A DNA stretch of 16,775 nucleotides, taken from contig JBHHYO010000060.1 of the NCBI GenBank assembly GCA_046757665.1, positions 1 through 16,775 of the forward strand, written 5' to 3'. Position 1 is the stretch's first letter. The number at the start of each line of letters is the position of its first letter. The notes under the pieces are model-generated. The model was given only the letters and a program-made list of their open reading frames with translations, did no database searches and had not been told where the DNA came from. This stretch comes from Nitrospinales bacterium (lineage in GTDB: Bacteria > Nitrospinota > Nitrospinia > Nitrospinales > JAJDAT01). The position numbers and the translations under genes were made by a program. Positions 1-7,365 of the stretch are shown here, piece by piece.

Positions 1-253
1 TTTTTATAAAAGGGCTGTAAGCACGAAGTTATGAATTTCCCCGGACAGTAGTGATGCTTTATTAATAATAATGTAATTAATGATAACGTAATTTCAGTTG
101 CCCCGCAAACAAAATAGTCCTTTCTCCACTTAATCCAAGAAGTTAGAAATAGTTGCGCGTCCTCCGTCGGCAGGCGGGAAAACTTGCCTCGCCACCAGGG
201 TTGGCCCAGCCCAAATGATTCGACAAATTTAATGATATGGCGCATTTAATGAC

Positions 254-282
254 TTGATTTTTTATCCTTCATCAAGTAGGGT
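254..282 (+). promoter_or_regulatory. Putative sigma-70 promoter for the SulP gene, overlapped by an inverted repeat (ACTTGAT-N12-ATCAAGT, 252-277)
   Basis: TTGATT (254-259), 17 nt spacer, TAGGGT (277-282; TAnnnT pattern) in an AT-rich intergenic region. The same -35 hexamer occurs in the predicted promoter at 11578-11606. Confidence 0.35.
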
Positions 283-539
283 ACCATGTCCGCTCGGTAG
301 GGTGTTTTCTTATTGGGGGGTAGGAAAATATCCCCCGGGCTGATTTTGTTTAACAGCCGGTGGCCTGGCCGCTTTGGGAGATAGACTCAGGCCGGGCCGG
401 CATAAGTCCACCCCTCCGTACAAAAAGCATTTTCGCGTACGTTCCCTGTAAGCGACAACAAAATTCCGGAACGGATTGTTTCTTATTAGATCATATCCGG
501 GAAAAATGCACCCTGTCAAAAAGGAGAGGCGATTCGACC

Positions 540-2252
540 ATGAGTAGCGCACCAGATGTACCCAAACCAGATTTAGAGCCGCAGAAAACGGGAATGGCCG
601 CGCTGACGGCCCATTTCAAGGAAGATTTTGTGTCCGGCGCGATAATCTCGCTGATCGCGTTGCCGCTTTGCCTGGGCATTGCCGCCGCGGCAAACCTGCC
701 CCCCATAGCGGGGCTTTTTACCGCTATCGTTGGGGGAATCCTGGCCTCGCGCATTGCCGGGGCGCATGTGATCATCAGCGGCCCCGCCGCCGGGCTGATT
801 GTCGTCAACCTGGGCGCGGTGGACTCGTTGGGCGGCTCCGCCCCGGACCCCGCCTGCACCGCCGACATGGCCTGCGCCAACTACGCCGCCGGTTACCCGC
901 ACGCCCTGGGCGCCATGGTGGTCGGCAGTATCATCATTATGGCATTTGGAATATTCAAGGCAGGTAAACTGGGAGATTTTTTCCCGTCGGCCGTTATTCA
1001 CGGGATGCTGGCCGGCATCGGCGTCATCATTATGGTCAAGCAGTTTTTCGTGGCCGTGGGCGTCAAGGGCCTGCTCCTGAAGGAAATCGCCGAGTGGAAA
1101 CATCATGGCGGAACGCATCACGGGTTGATCGGCGATTTTGTGCATATACCCAGCGCGTTTTCCCACATGGTTCCGAACGTCGCCATGGTTGCCGCGGCCG
1201 CCATTGCCATCATCATCATCCATCCCTTCGTACCCATCAAGGCTTTCAAGGCAGTCCCCGCGCCCATGTGGGTGCTTGTGGTGACCATTCCCCTGGGCAA
1301 GGCTCTGGACCTGGCAACGCCGGGGAAATACACCTTTAACGGCGAGGAGTTTTTACAGCCCTATTTGGTGCAGTTGCCGTCCAGTATCATGGCGGGCGTC
1401 GTCTTTCCAAAATTCGATAAAATAGCCACAGGCGCGTTCTGGGCCGCGGTTTTGACTATCGCCCTCGTCACCACCATCGAATCCATGCTCAGCGAGGTGG
1501 CCGTCGATACGCTGGACCCCTACCAAAGAAGGACGGATTTAAACAAGGGTCTGTTCTCCAATGGCGCGGGATCGCTCGTAGTATCCTGCATCGGCGGCAT
1601 ACCGATGATCTCCGAAATCGTGCGTAGTTCCGCCAACGTCAGCAACGGCGCCGTAACGCAGTGGTCCAATTTCTGGCACGGCACCTTTTTGCTGGTTTTC
1701 CTGCTGGTCGGCAAACCGGTAATCGACATGATTCCCAACGCGGCTTTGGCCGGGATATTGATCACCGTCGGATTCAAACTGGCGGCGCCGAAGGAATTCG
1801 CGCACGTTCTCGAAATCGGCAAGGCGCAATTGTTCCTTTTCGTCCTGACCATGATCGCCGTCCTCTGCTCCGATTTGTTGATCGGGGTTGCGGTGGGGAT
1901 TATCGCCAAGCTGATCATTCACTTGTACTTCGGTACCCCCGTCCTCAACGCCTTTAAACCCGAGATCGAGTGCTCCACGTCCGGGGACAGGGAACTTATC
2001 AAAATCCGGGAGTCGGCCATTTTCTCGAATTACCTCGGCATCAAGGGTTACATCCTGAAACTCGACAAGGATAAGATCAAGACGATTACCCTTGATTTTA
2101 ACGAAGTAAAGCTGATGGATCATTCGGTCATGACCGCTCTGGAAAACTTGAAAAAACTGCTGGCGGACAGCGGACAAACGTTGGAAATGATCAACATGGA
2201 TCATCTGACGCCTGTTTCCGAACATCCCCTGGCGGCGAGAATTGGTATTTAA
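540..2252 (+). CDS. sulP: SulP/SLC26 family inorganic anion transporter (possibly bicarbonate) with C-terminal STAS domain
   Basis: Motifs IALPLCLGIA, ISGPAAGL and ISEIVRSSAN, many hydrophobic helices, and a STAS-like C-terminus (ITLDFNEVKLMDHS). Start moved from 360 to ATG 540 because of the SD-like AAGGAGAGG at 521-529 and because family similarity begins shortly after it. Confidence 0.93.
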   Translation: MSSAPDVPKPDLEPQKTGMAALTAHFKEDFVSGAIISLIALPLCLGIAAAANLPPIAGLFTAIVGGILASRIAGAHVIISGPAAGLIVVNLGAVDSLGGSAPDPACTADMACANYAAGYPHALGAMVVGSIIIMAFGIFKAGKLGDFFPSAVIHGMLAGIGVIIMVKQFFVAVGVKGLLLKEIAEWKHHGGTHHGLIGDFVHIPSAFSHMVPNVAMVAAAAIAIIIIHPFVPIKAFKAVPAPMWVLVVTIPLGKALDLATPGKYTFNGEEFLQPYLVQLPSSIMAGVVFPKFDKIATGAFWAAVLTIALVTTIESMLSEVAVDTLDPYQRRTDLNKGLFSNGAGSLVVSCIGGIPMISEIVRSSANVSNGAVTQWSNFWHGTFLLVFLLVGKPVIDMIPNAALAGILITVGFKLAAPKEFAHVLEIGKAQLFLFVLTMIAVLCSDLLIGVAVGIIAKLIIHLYFGTPVLNAFKPEIECSTSGDRELIKIRESAIFSNYLGIKGYILKLDKDKIKTITLDFNEVKLMDHSVMTALENLKKLLADSGQTLEMINMDHLTPVSEHPLAARIGI

Positions 2253-2277
2253 ATTCTCATTCTGCAAACAGTAACGG

Positions 2278-2314
2278 CTCGTCCCACCGCTTGGCGGTGG
2301 GACGAGTTTTTTTT
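2278..2314 (+). terminator. Rho-independent terminator of the SulP gene
   Basis: Perfect 13-bp stem CTCGTCCCACCGC (2278-2290) / GCGGTGGGACGAG (2294-2306), 3-nt loop, then T8 (2307-2314), 25 nt after the stop codon. Confidence 0.93.
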
Positions 2315-2389
2315 GCCTGCGTCCGATCTGGGAATTTTCCGCAAAGCGTGGTTTAATGGGGGTTGATCGGCAAGCGCCGGGAGGGTTGC

Positions 2390-3232
2390 GTGGATACCGA
2401 ACTGGAAGACGAACTGGGCGATGTGGTGCAAAAGGCGCGGGCCGGCAGGTCCTGGTCACAGCAGGACCTGGCGCGGGCCTGCGGCGTTGCGGTGGCGGAT
2501 ATCGACCGCATCGAAAACTGCGACCTGATCCCCGACAATGCCCGGATCACCCGCATCGCCGATGCGCTGAACCTGCACGGACCGGCACTTATCGAAGTCG
2601 CCCGGAAAACCTATATGCCCGCCCCGCCCGAACCGGACCCGGATTTCGACCTCGTTTGCCTCCGGGTTTTTATGGGGATGTATCCGGTCAAGTGTTATCT
2701 GCTGATCTGCAAGCAGACGCGGGAGGCGGCGGCCATCGATACCGGCGGCAACCCCGAGGCGGTCATCCGCAAGGCCGGGGAATTGGGCGTGACGCCGCGC
2801 AAAATTCTTTTGACCCACACTCATGCCGACCACGCCGGCGGACTGCACCGACTGGATGCCGAATTCAACTGCCCAACGTGGGTTGACCGGGCCGAGCCGT
2901 GGCCGCCGGGTAGCCGCGACCTGCGCCTGGTGAAAGATGGCGACTGCATTCCCCTGGGCCGGTTACGCATCCGGGTCATTGCGACTCCCGGACACACTGC
3001 CGGCGGCGTGTGTTACCGGATCAACAATTCGGTGGTCAGCGGCGACGCGATTTTCGCGGGTTCCATGGGCCGGGCCAATGTTTCGTTTCCGGCGCTGTTC
3101 AATGCCGTGGTCGACAAACTGCTCACCCTGCCGGACGCCACGGCGTTGTACCCGGCGCACGGACCCGCCACCACCGTCGGTCAGGAAAAACGGCACAACC
3201 CGTTCTTTTCGTCACTGAAGCAACCGGTGTGA
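2390..3232 (+). CDS. MBL-fold metallo-hydrolase (glyoxalase II/YcbL-like) with N-terminal XRE/Cro-type helix-turn-helix domain
   Basis: Metal ligands THTHADH, GHT, SGD and PAHG; typical C-terminal TTVGQEKRHNPF. N-terminus KARAGRSWSQQDLARACGVAVADIDRIEN...RIADALNL is XRE-like. GTG start at 2390 follows GGGAGGG (alternative TTG start at 2363). Confidence 0.88.
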   Translation: MDTELEDELGDVVQKARAGRSWSQQDLARACGVAVADIDRIENCDLIPDNARITRIADALNLHGPALIEVARKTYMPAPPEPDPDFDLVCLRVFMGMYPVKCYLLICKQTREAAAIDTGGNPEAVIRKAGELGVTPRKILLTHTHADHAGGLHRLDAEFNCPTWVDRAEPWPPGSRDLRLVKDGDCIPLGRLRIRVIATPGHTAGGVCYRINNSVVSGDAIFAGSMGRANVSFPALFNAVVDKLLTLPDATALYPAHGPATTVGQEKRHNPFFSSLKQPV

Positions 3233-3272
3233 ACGGGTTGATAAATCATCCGCCGGGGGTCATATTTGTTCT

Positions 3273-4823
3273 ATGAATCCCGAACAGGTGAATTACCATT
3301 ATTGTGACGACCTCACCACCACTCCCCTGCCGCCCGGCACAAGGGTTCTGGTGACCGGCGCCAGCGGCTACGTGGCCCGCCGCCTGATCCCCGAGCTGGC
3401 GTTTCGCGGCTATCAGGTGCGGTGCATGTTTCGCAGTCGGCGGGCGCCTTCCCATCTCACTCATCCGAGAATCGAATCGGTTTTCGCGGACAGCCTGAAC
3501 AGGGACGAACTGCGGGCCGCGTTGCAGGGCATCGAAGTCGCCTATTATCTGATTCACAGCATGAGACTGAAAACCAGCCGGTTTTCAGAAATGGATAATG
3601 TGGCCGCCAAAAATTTCGCGGAACTGGCGAAAGAGGCGGGGGTCAGGAAAATTATTTATCTGGGCGGGCTGGGCGAGACCCACCCGGACTTGTCGCCGCA
3701 TTTACGCAGTCGCCAGGAAGTGGGGCACATCCTGGCCGCCGCCGGCGTTCCGGTCATCCGCCTGCGGGCCGCCATTATCATCGGCGCCGGGAGCGCCTCC
3801 TACGAATTGCTCAAGTCGATGATCTTGAACAACCGCTGGATTCCCTTTTTGCGGGAATTTAATTCCCGGTGCCAGCCGATCGCGATTCGCGACGTCGTCA
3901 AATACCTTGTCGGGGCCATGGAAGTGGAGGACCTGGCGGGCGGGGGGTATCCCATCGGCGGCAAGGATGTGTTCACCTACAAAAACCTGATCCTCCGTTT
4001 CGCCAAAATACTGGGAAAACCGGTCCGCCTGTTTATCGTTTCCTGGATACCATGTCCCGTGGGAACGTGTTGCAAGGTGTATGCCCACTGGCTGCATTTT
4101 TTCATCTCGGTTCCGGTCAATATCATTTCCCTCCTGCTCGCCGGTTTGAGAAACGACGTGGTTTGCGAGGATGACGCCATCAAAAAATATCTCCCCTTCG
4201 AGCCGCTGGGGTTTGACGAGGCGGTGCAACGCGCTCTTGAGAAGGAAAACAAGTTCCAGGTGTATTCCCGCTGGAGCGATGTGCCTCCGGAGGGTATGAC
4301 CGACCTGATGCTCCTCTGCGAACACGAGTCGGCGGATTTTCTCATCGATGAACATTCGATCGAGATCCCCGCCACGCCGGACAAGATTTTCCCCTCCATT
4401 TGCCGGATCGGCGGAAAGAACGGCTGGTTCAAGGGCACTTCCCTGTGGAGAATCCGCGGATTCATCGACAGGTTGTTCGGGGGCATCGGTATTCAACGGG
4501 GCCGCCGGGACCCGCATCACTTGCGCATTGGCGATTCCGTAGACTTCTGGCGCGTCGAAAAACTGGAACCCAACAAGGAATTGTTGTTGAGAGGCGAGTT
4601 GATTGCGCCGGGTCTGGCCTGGTTGCAATTCGAGTTGCACCCCGTGTCCTGCCGCGTGACCCGGCTGACCATCAAGGCGCATTTTATTCCCACGCCGTTT
4701 TTGGGATATATTTACTGGTTTTTCCTTGCCAAATTTCACGCCTACATTTTTAAAAATATGCAAGCGCATTTCTACGAGGAAGCCGTGACGGCCAATGCTT
4801 GCGAAGAACCGGTTCTGAAATGA
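3273..4823 (+). CDS. YbjT-like atypical SDR / NAD(P)-binding oxidoreductase with C-terminal DUF2867-like domain
   Basis: Rossmann motif VLVTGASGYVA; AYYLIHSM, IIYLGGLG, LSPHLRSRQEVG, RAAIIIGAGSASYE, QPIAIRDV; C-terminal LWRIRGFIDRLFGG...GDSVDFWRVE...PGLAWLQF, as in YbjT-family proteins. Confidence 0.9.
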   Translation: MNPEQVNYHYCDDLTTTPLPPGTRVLVTGASGYVARRLIPELAFRGYQVRCMFRSRRAPSHLTHPRIESVFADSLNRDELRAALQGIEVAYYLIHSMRLKTSRFSEMDNVAAKNFAELAKEAGVRKIIYLGGLGETHPDLSPHLRSRQEVGHILAAAGVPVIRLRAAIIIGAGSASYELLKSMILNNRWIPFLREFNSRCQPIAIRDVVKYLVGAMEVEDLAGGGYPIGGKDVFTYKNLILRFAKILGKPVRLFIVSWIPCPVGTCCKVYAHWLHFFISVPVNIISLLLAGLRNDVVCEDDAIKKYLPFEPLGFDEAVQRALEKENKFQVYSRWSDVPPEGMTDLMLLCEHESADFLIDEHSIEIPATPDKIFPSICRIGGKNGWFKGTSLWRIRGFIDRLFGGIGIQRGRRDPHHLRIGDSVDFWRVEKLEPNKELLLRGELIAPGLAWLQFELHPVSCRVTRLTIKAHFIPTPFLGYIYWFFLAKFHAYIFKNMQAHFYEEAVTANACEEPVLK

Positions 4824-6082
4824 AAACGGACCTCAAACCGTTGCGGAACGAAGATACCGTTTGCATTCTCGGCGGCGGGCCCGGAGGCGCGAGTTGCGCC
4901 ATCGCCCTGAAAAACGAGGCGGCGCGGCTGGGCAAGGAAATCCATGTGGTGATCCTCGAACAAAAAAAATTCGGCGAACACCGCCATTTCAACCAGTGCA
5001 TCGGCGTCCTCTCCCCGCCGCTGGAAACCATCCTCGGGGAAAAACTGAACCTCAGCCTGCCGGCGAACATTGTGCTCAGGGAAATCAAGGGCTATTGCCT
5101 GCACTCCGACCGCTTGAGCGTGAACCTCGACGGCAACGAATCGGGAAAGACGTTTGCGGTCAACCGCTCCAAATTCGACGCCTTCATGATCGAACAGGCG
5201 AAAAAAACCGGCGCGGTCGTGCTCCACAGCCGGGCCACGGGGATAGAAATTTCCGACGACGAGGTCATTGTTTACAGCGAAGGAGAGAATTGCCACGCCG
5301 CGGTGGTGGTCGGCGCGTTTGGCCTGGACGACGGGTCGTGTAAAATTTTTGAGCAGGCCACGCCGTACCGCCAGCCGGATTTCCTGAACACCATCATCAC
5401 CCGGCTCAGCCCCGGCGAGGATTTCTTGCGGGCCATGGGGCCGACCATCCACGCTTTTTTGCTGTCGCATCCGGGGCTGGAGTTTGGCGCCGTGACGCCG
5501 AAAGACGATCATCTGTCGGTCAACGTCGCCGGGCGGCATGTGACTTCCCGCGTTATGCTGGACTTTCTGCGCTCGTCCCAGGTCCAGGGGTTTCTGCCGC
5601 CGCATACGCGGCAGACCAGGTCGTTGAATTATTTCAAGGGGAAATTTCCGATCGCCCCCGCGAAACATTTGTACGGCGACCGCTACGTCACCATCGGCGA
5701 TGCCGCCGGGCTGATCCGCCCCTTCAAGGGAAAGGGCATCAATTCGGCTTGCCTGACGGGCGTTTTCGCGGCGCGGACGATCATGAACCATGGCGTTTCA
5801 AAATCGGCTTTTGAGCGCTACGCCGAGGATTGCGCGGAATTGACCGGCGACCTGCCGTTTGGCCGGGTGTTGCGGCTGATGACAAACCTCGCCTCCCGCT
5901 TTCAATTCATGGACCATCTGTTGAAAATCGCGGAGGATGACCCCGTGTTCATGGCGTGCCTGTTCAACTGCGTTTCCGGACATAAACCGTACAAACAGAT
6001 TTTCAAGGAGACCGCTTCCGTCCGCCTGGGAATGCGGATGCTCGGCGAACTGGTTCGGCGCTTCATCCTGAGAAAACTATGA
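4820..6082 (+). CDS. FAD-dependent oxidoreductase, geranylgeranyl reductase/FixC-like
   Basis: FAD motif VCILGGGPGGA, QCIG (CxG), VNRSKFDAFM and TIGDAAGLIRPFKGKGINSA. ATG at 4820 overlaps the upstream TGA (ATGA), indicating translational coupling. Confidence 0.87.
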   Translation: MKTDLKPLRNEDTVCILGGGPGGASCAIALKNEAARLGKEIHVVILEQKKFGEHRHFNQCIGVLSPPLETILGEKLNLSLPANIVLREIKGYCLHSDRLSVNLDGNESGKTFAVNRSKFDAFMIEQAKKTGAVVLHSRATGIEISDDEVIVYSEGENCHAAVVVGAFGLDDGSCKIFEQATPYRQPDFLNTIITRLSPGEDFLRAMGPTIHAFLLSHPGLEFGAVTPKDDHLSVNVAGRHVTSRVMLDFLRSSQVQGFLPPHTRQTRSLNYFKGKFPIAPAKHLYGDRYVTIGDAAGLIRPFKGKGINSACLTGVFAARTIMNHGVSKSAFERYAEDCAELTGDLPFGRVLRLMTNLASRFQFMDHLLKIAEDDPVFMACLFNCVSGHKPYKQIFKETASVRLGMRMLGELVRRFILRKL

Positions 6083-6112
6083 GCCGCCGGGCCGGCGGCA
6101 ACCGGTCGGCGG

Positions 6113-6145
6113 TTGAGTTGCGTTTGCCCGTGTGATAGCCTCACA
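6113..6145 (+). promoter_or_regulatory. Possible promoter for the FG-GAP gene with overlapping palindrome TGTGA-N5-TCACA
   Basis: TTGAGT (6113-6118), 17 nt spacer, TG-n-TAGCCT (-10 at 6136-6141). TGTGA (6131-6135) and TCACA (6141-6145) flank the -10 element. Confidence 0.3.
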
Positions 6146-6161
6146 GGTATCCGATTAAAAC

Positions 6162-6199
6162 GCGCCGGGCCAAACGGCCCGCGCCGCTTTCGTTTTTTT
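6162..6199 (+). terminator. Terminator-like GC hairpin plus T tract downstream of the flavoprotein gene
   Basis: GCGC-C-GGGCC / AAAC loop / GGCCC-GCGC (6162-6184), followed by CGCTTTCG and T7 (6193-6199). The T tract is not directly adjacent to the stem. Confidence 0.35.
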
Positions 6200-6201
6200 G
6201 C

Positions 6202-7344
6202 ATGAAAAAATATTTTCTTCTTCTCATTGCGGCCGGCTTCATGCTGGGTTGTCCTCCCGGCGCTTCCCAAAAACCGATGCCGCCGGTTTTCAGCGTGGCC
6301 GGGGTTCTGGATACCGGGGCCGAGCCTTCCTTCCTGATCACCGAGGATTTCAACGGCGACGGGAATTTGGACCTGGTGGTCACCAACAGCGGCGACAACA
6401 CGTTTTCGTTTTACAAGGGCCAGGGAGACGGCGCCTTCCGCAAGCAGGTTGTCTTCCGCACCGGCGACCAGCCCATTTGCATTGTGACGGGCGATTTCAA
6501 CGGCGACGGTTTGCCCGACCTGGCGGAGCTGAATTACCGGGACCAGAATATCCAGGTGTTTCTGAACAACGGCCTGGGCAGTTTCCGCAATACCGGTGTC
6601 CTGCTGAAGCCCGGGAAAATTCCTCTCAACCTGGTCGCGGGAGATTTGAACAAGGACGGTTTCACGGACCTGGCCGTTACCCTGCGTTACCACAAGGTCG
6701 TCATTTTATGGGGAAGGGGCAAGGGACGCTTTTCGGAGCCGGTCAGCATCCCCGTTCGCGGACAACCGACCTCGCTGGTGCTGGGCGATTACAACGGGGA
6801 CCATCAACCGGACCTTGCCGTGGCCCTGGCCGGTTCGGGAAACGTTGGCGCGCAAATCATCTGGGGGATGGGTAGCAATGGCTTTAAAACGTCCCAGGTC
6901 TTTCGCGGCGGCGGCCAACCCTTGTCCATCGCCAACATCGACGCCAACGGCGACGGGCGGATGGACCTCGTCACCTCAAGCAATTCCACCCACATCATCG
7001 GCCTGTTCCTGAACAAGGGCGGCGGGGTTTTTGAAAGTCTCCGGGATTTTGCGGCCGGCGAGTTCCCGAAATTCGTCGCCGTGGCGGACTTCACCGGCGA
7101 CGGCAAACCCGACCTCGCCGTGTCCAATGCCACCAACGACACCATTTCGGTGGTGTTGGGCAAGGGCGATGGCAGGTTCACCTATCCCCCCATCTTTCAC
7201 GCCGTGGACGAGTATCCCCAGGGCATCGTCGTGGGGGATTTCAACCACGACGGGTTGATGGACCTGGTCACCGCCTGCCGGGACAAAAATCTTCTGGATA
7301 TCCTGCTGAAACGCAAATCCCCCGCCGCGCCGCCCGGCGCCTGA
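6202..7344 (+). CDS. FG-GAP/VCBS repeat lipoprotein (predicted seven-bladed Ca2+-binding beta-propeller)
   Basis: Signal peptide with lipobox-like end (MKKYFLLLIAAGFMLG-C) and seven DxxxDxxxDL repeats: DFNGDGNLDL, DFNGDGLPDL, DLNKDGFTDL, DYNGDHQPDL, DANGDGRMDL, DFTGDGKPDL, DFNHDGLMDL. Confidence 0.92.
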   Translation: MKKYFLLLIAAGFMLGCPPGASQKPMPPVFSVAGVLDTGAEPSFLITEDFNGDGNLDLVVTNSGDNTFSFYKGQGDGAFRKQVVFRTGDQPICIVTGDFNGDGLPDLAELNYRDQNIQVFLNNGLGSFRNTGVLLKPGKIPLNLVAGDLNKDGFTDLAVTLRYHKVVILWGRGKGRFSEPVSIPVRGQPTSLVLGDYNGDHQPDLAVALAGSGNVGAQIIWGMGSNGFKTSQVFRGGGQPLSIANIDANGDGRMDLVTSSNSTHIIGLFLNKGGGVFESLRDFAAGEFPKFVAVADFTGDGKPDLAVSNATNDTISVVLGKGDGRFTYPPIFHAVDEYPQGIVVGDFNHDGLMDLVTACRDKNLLDILLKRKSPAAPPGA

Positions 7345-7365
7345 CCCGCCCAGGATCACTGCAAA

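Noticed and set aside
60-97. AT-rich AATGATAACGTAATTTCA resembling a Fur/PerR box
   Set aside because: Only one half site fits and the symmetry is off. Such matches are expected in very AT-rich DNA.
150-212. GC-rich patch with a weak hairpin (GGCAGG/CTTGCC), considered as a riboswitch or sRNA
   Set aside because: The stem is short, matches no motif I recognise, and has no clear promoter or terminator.
254-275. FNR site
   Set aside because: Half sites match but the spacer is 12 nt rather than 4 nt. Kept only as a generic inverted repeat.
360-539. 60-aa N-terminal extension of the SulP ORF from GTG 360
   Set aside because: No family similarity or SD. A good SD precedes ATG 540, and the region looks like a structured leader.
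6340-7270. Recurring DNA motifs such as GATTTCAACGGCGACGG, considered as a CRISPR or tandem repeat
   Set aside because: They are degenerate in-frame coding repeats of the FG-GAP protein, not identical repeats with unique spacers, and no cas genes are present.
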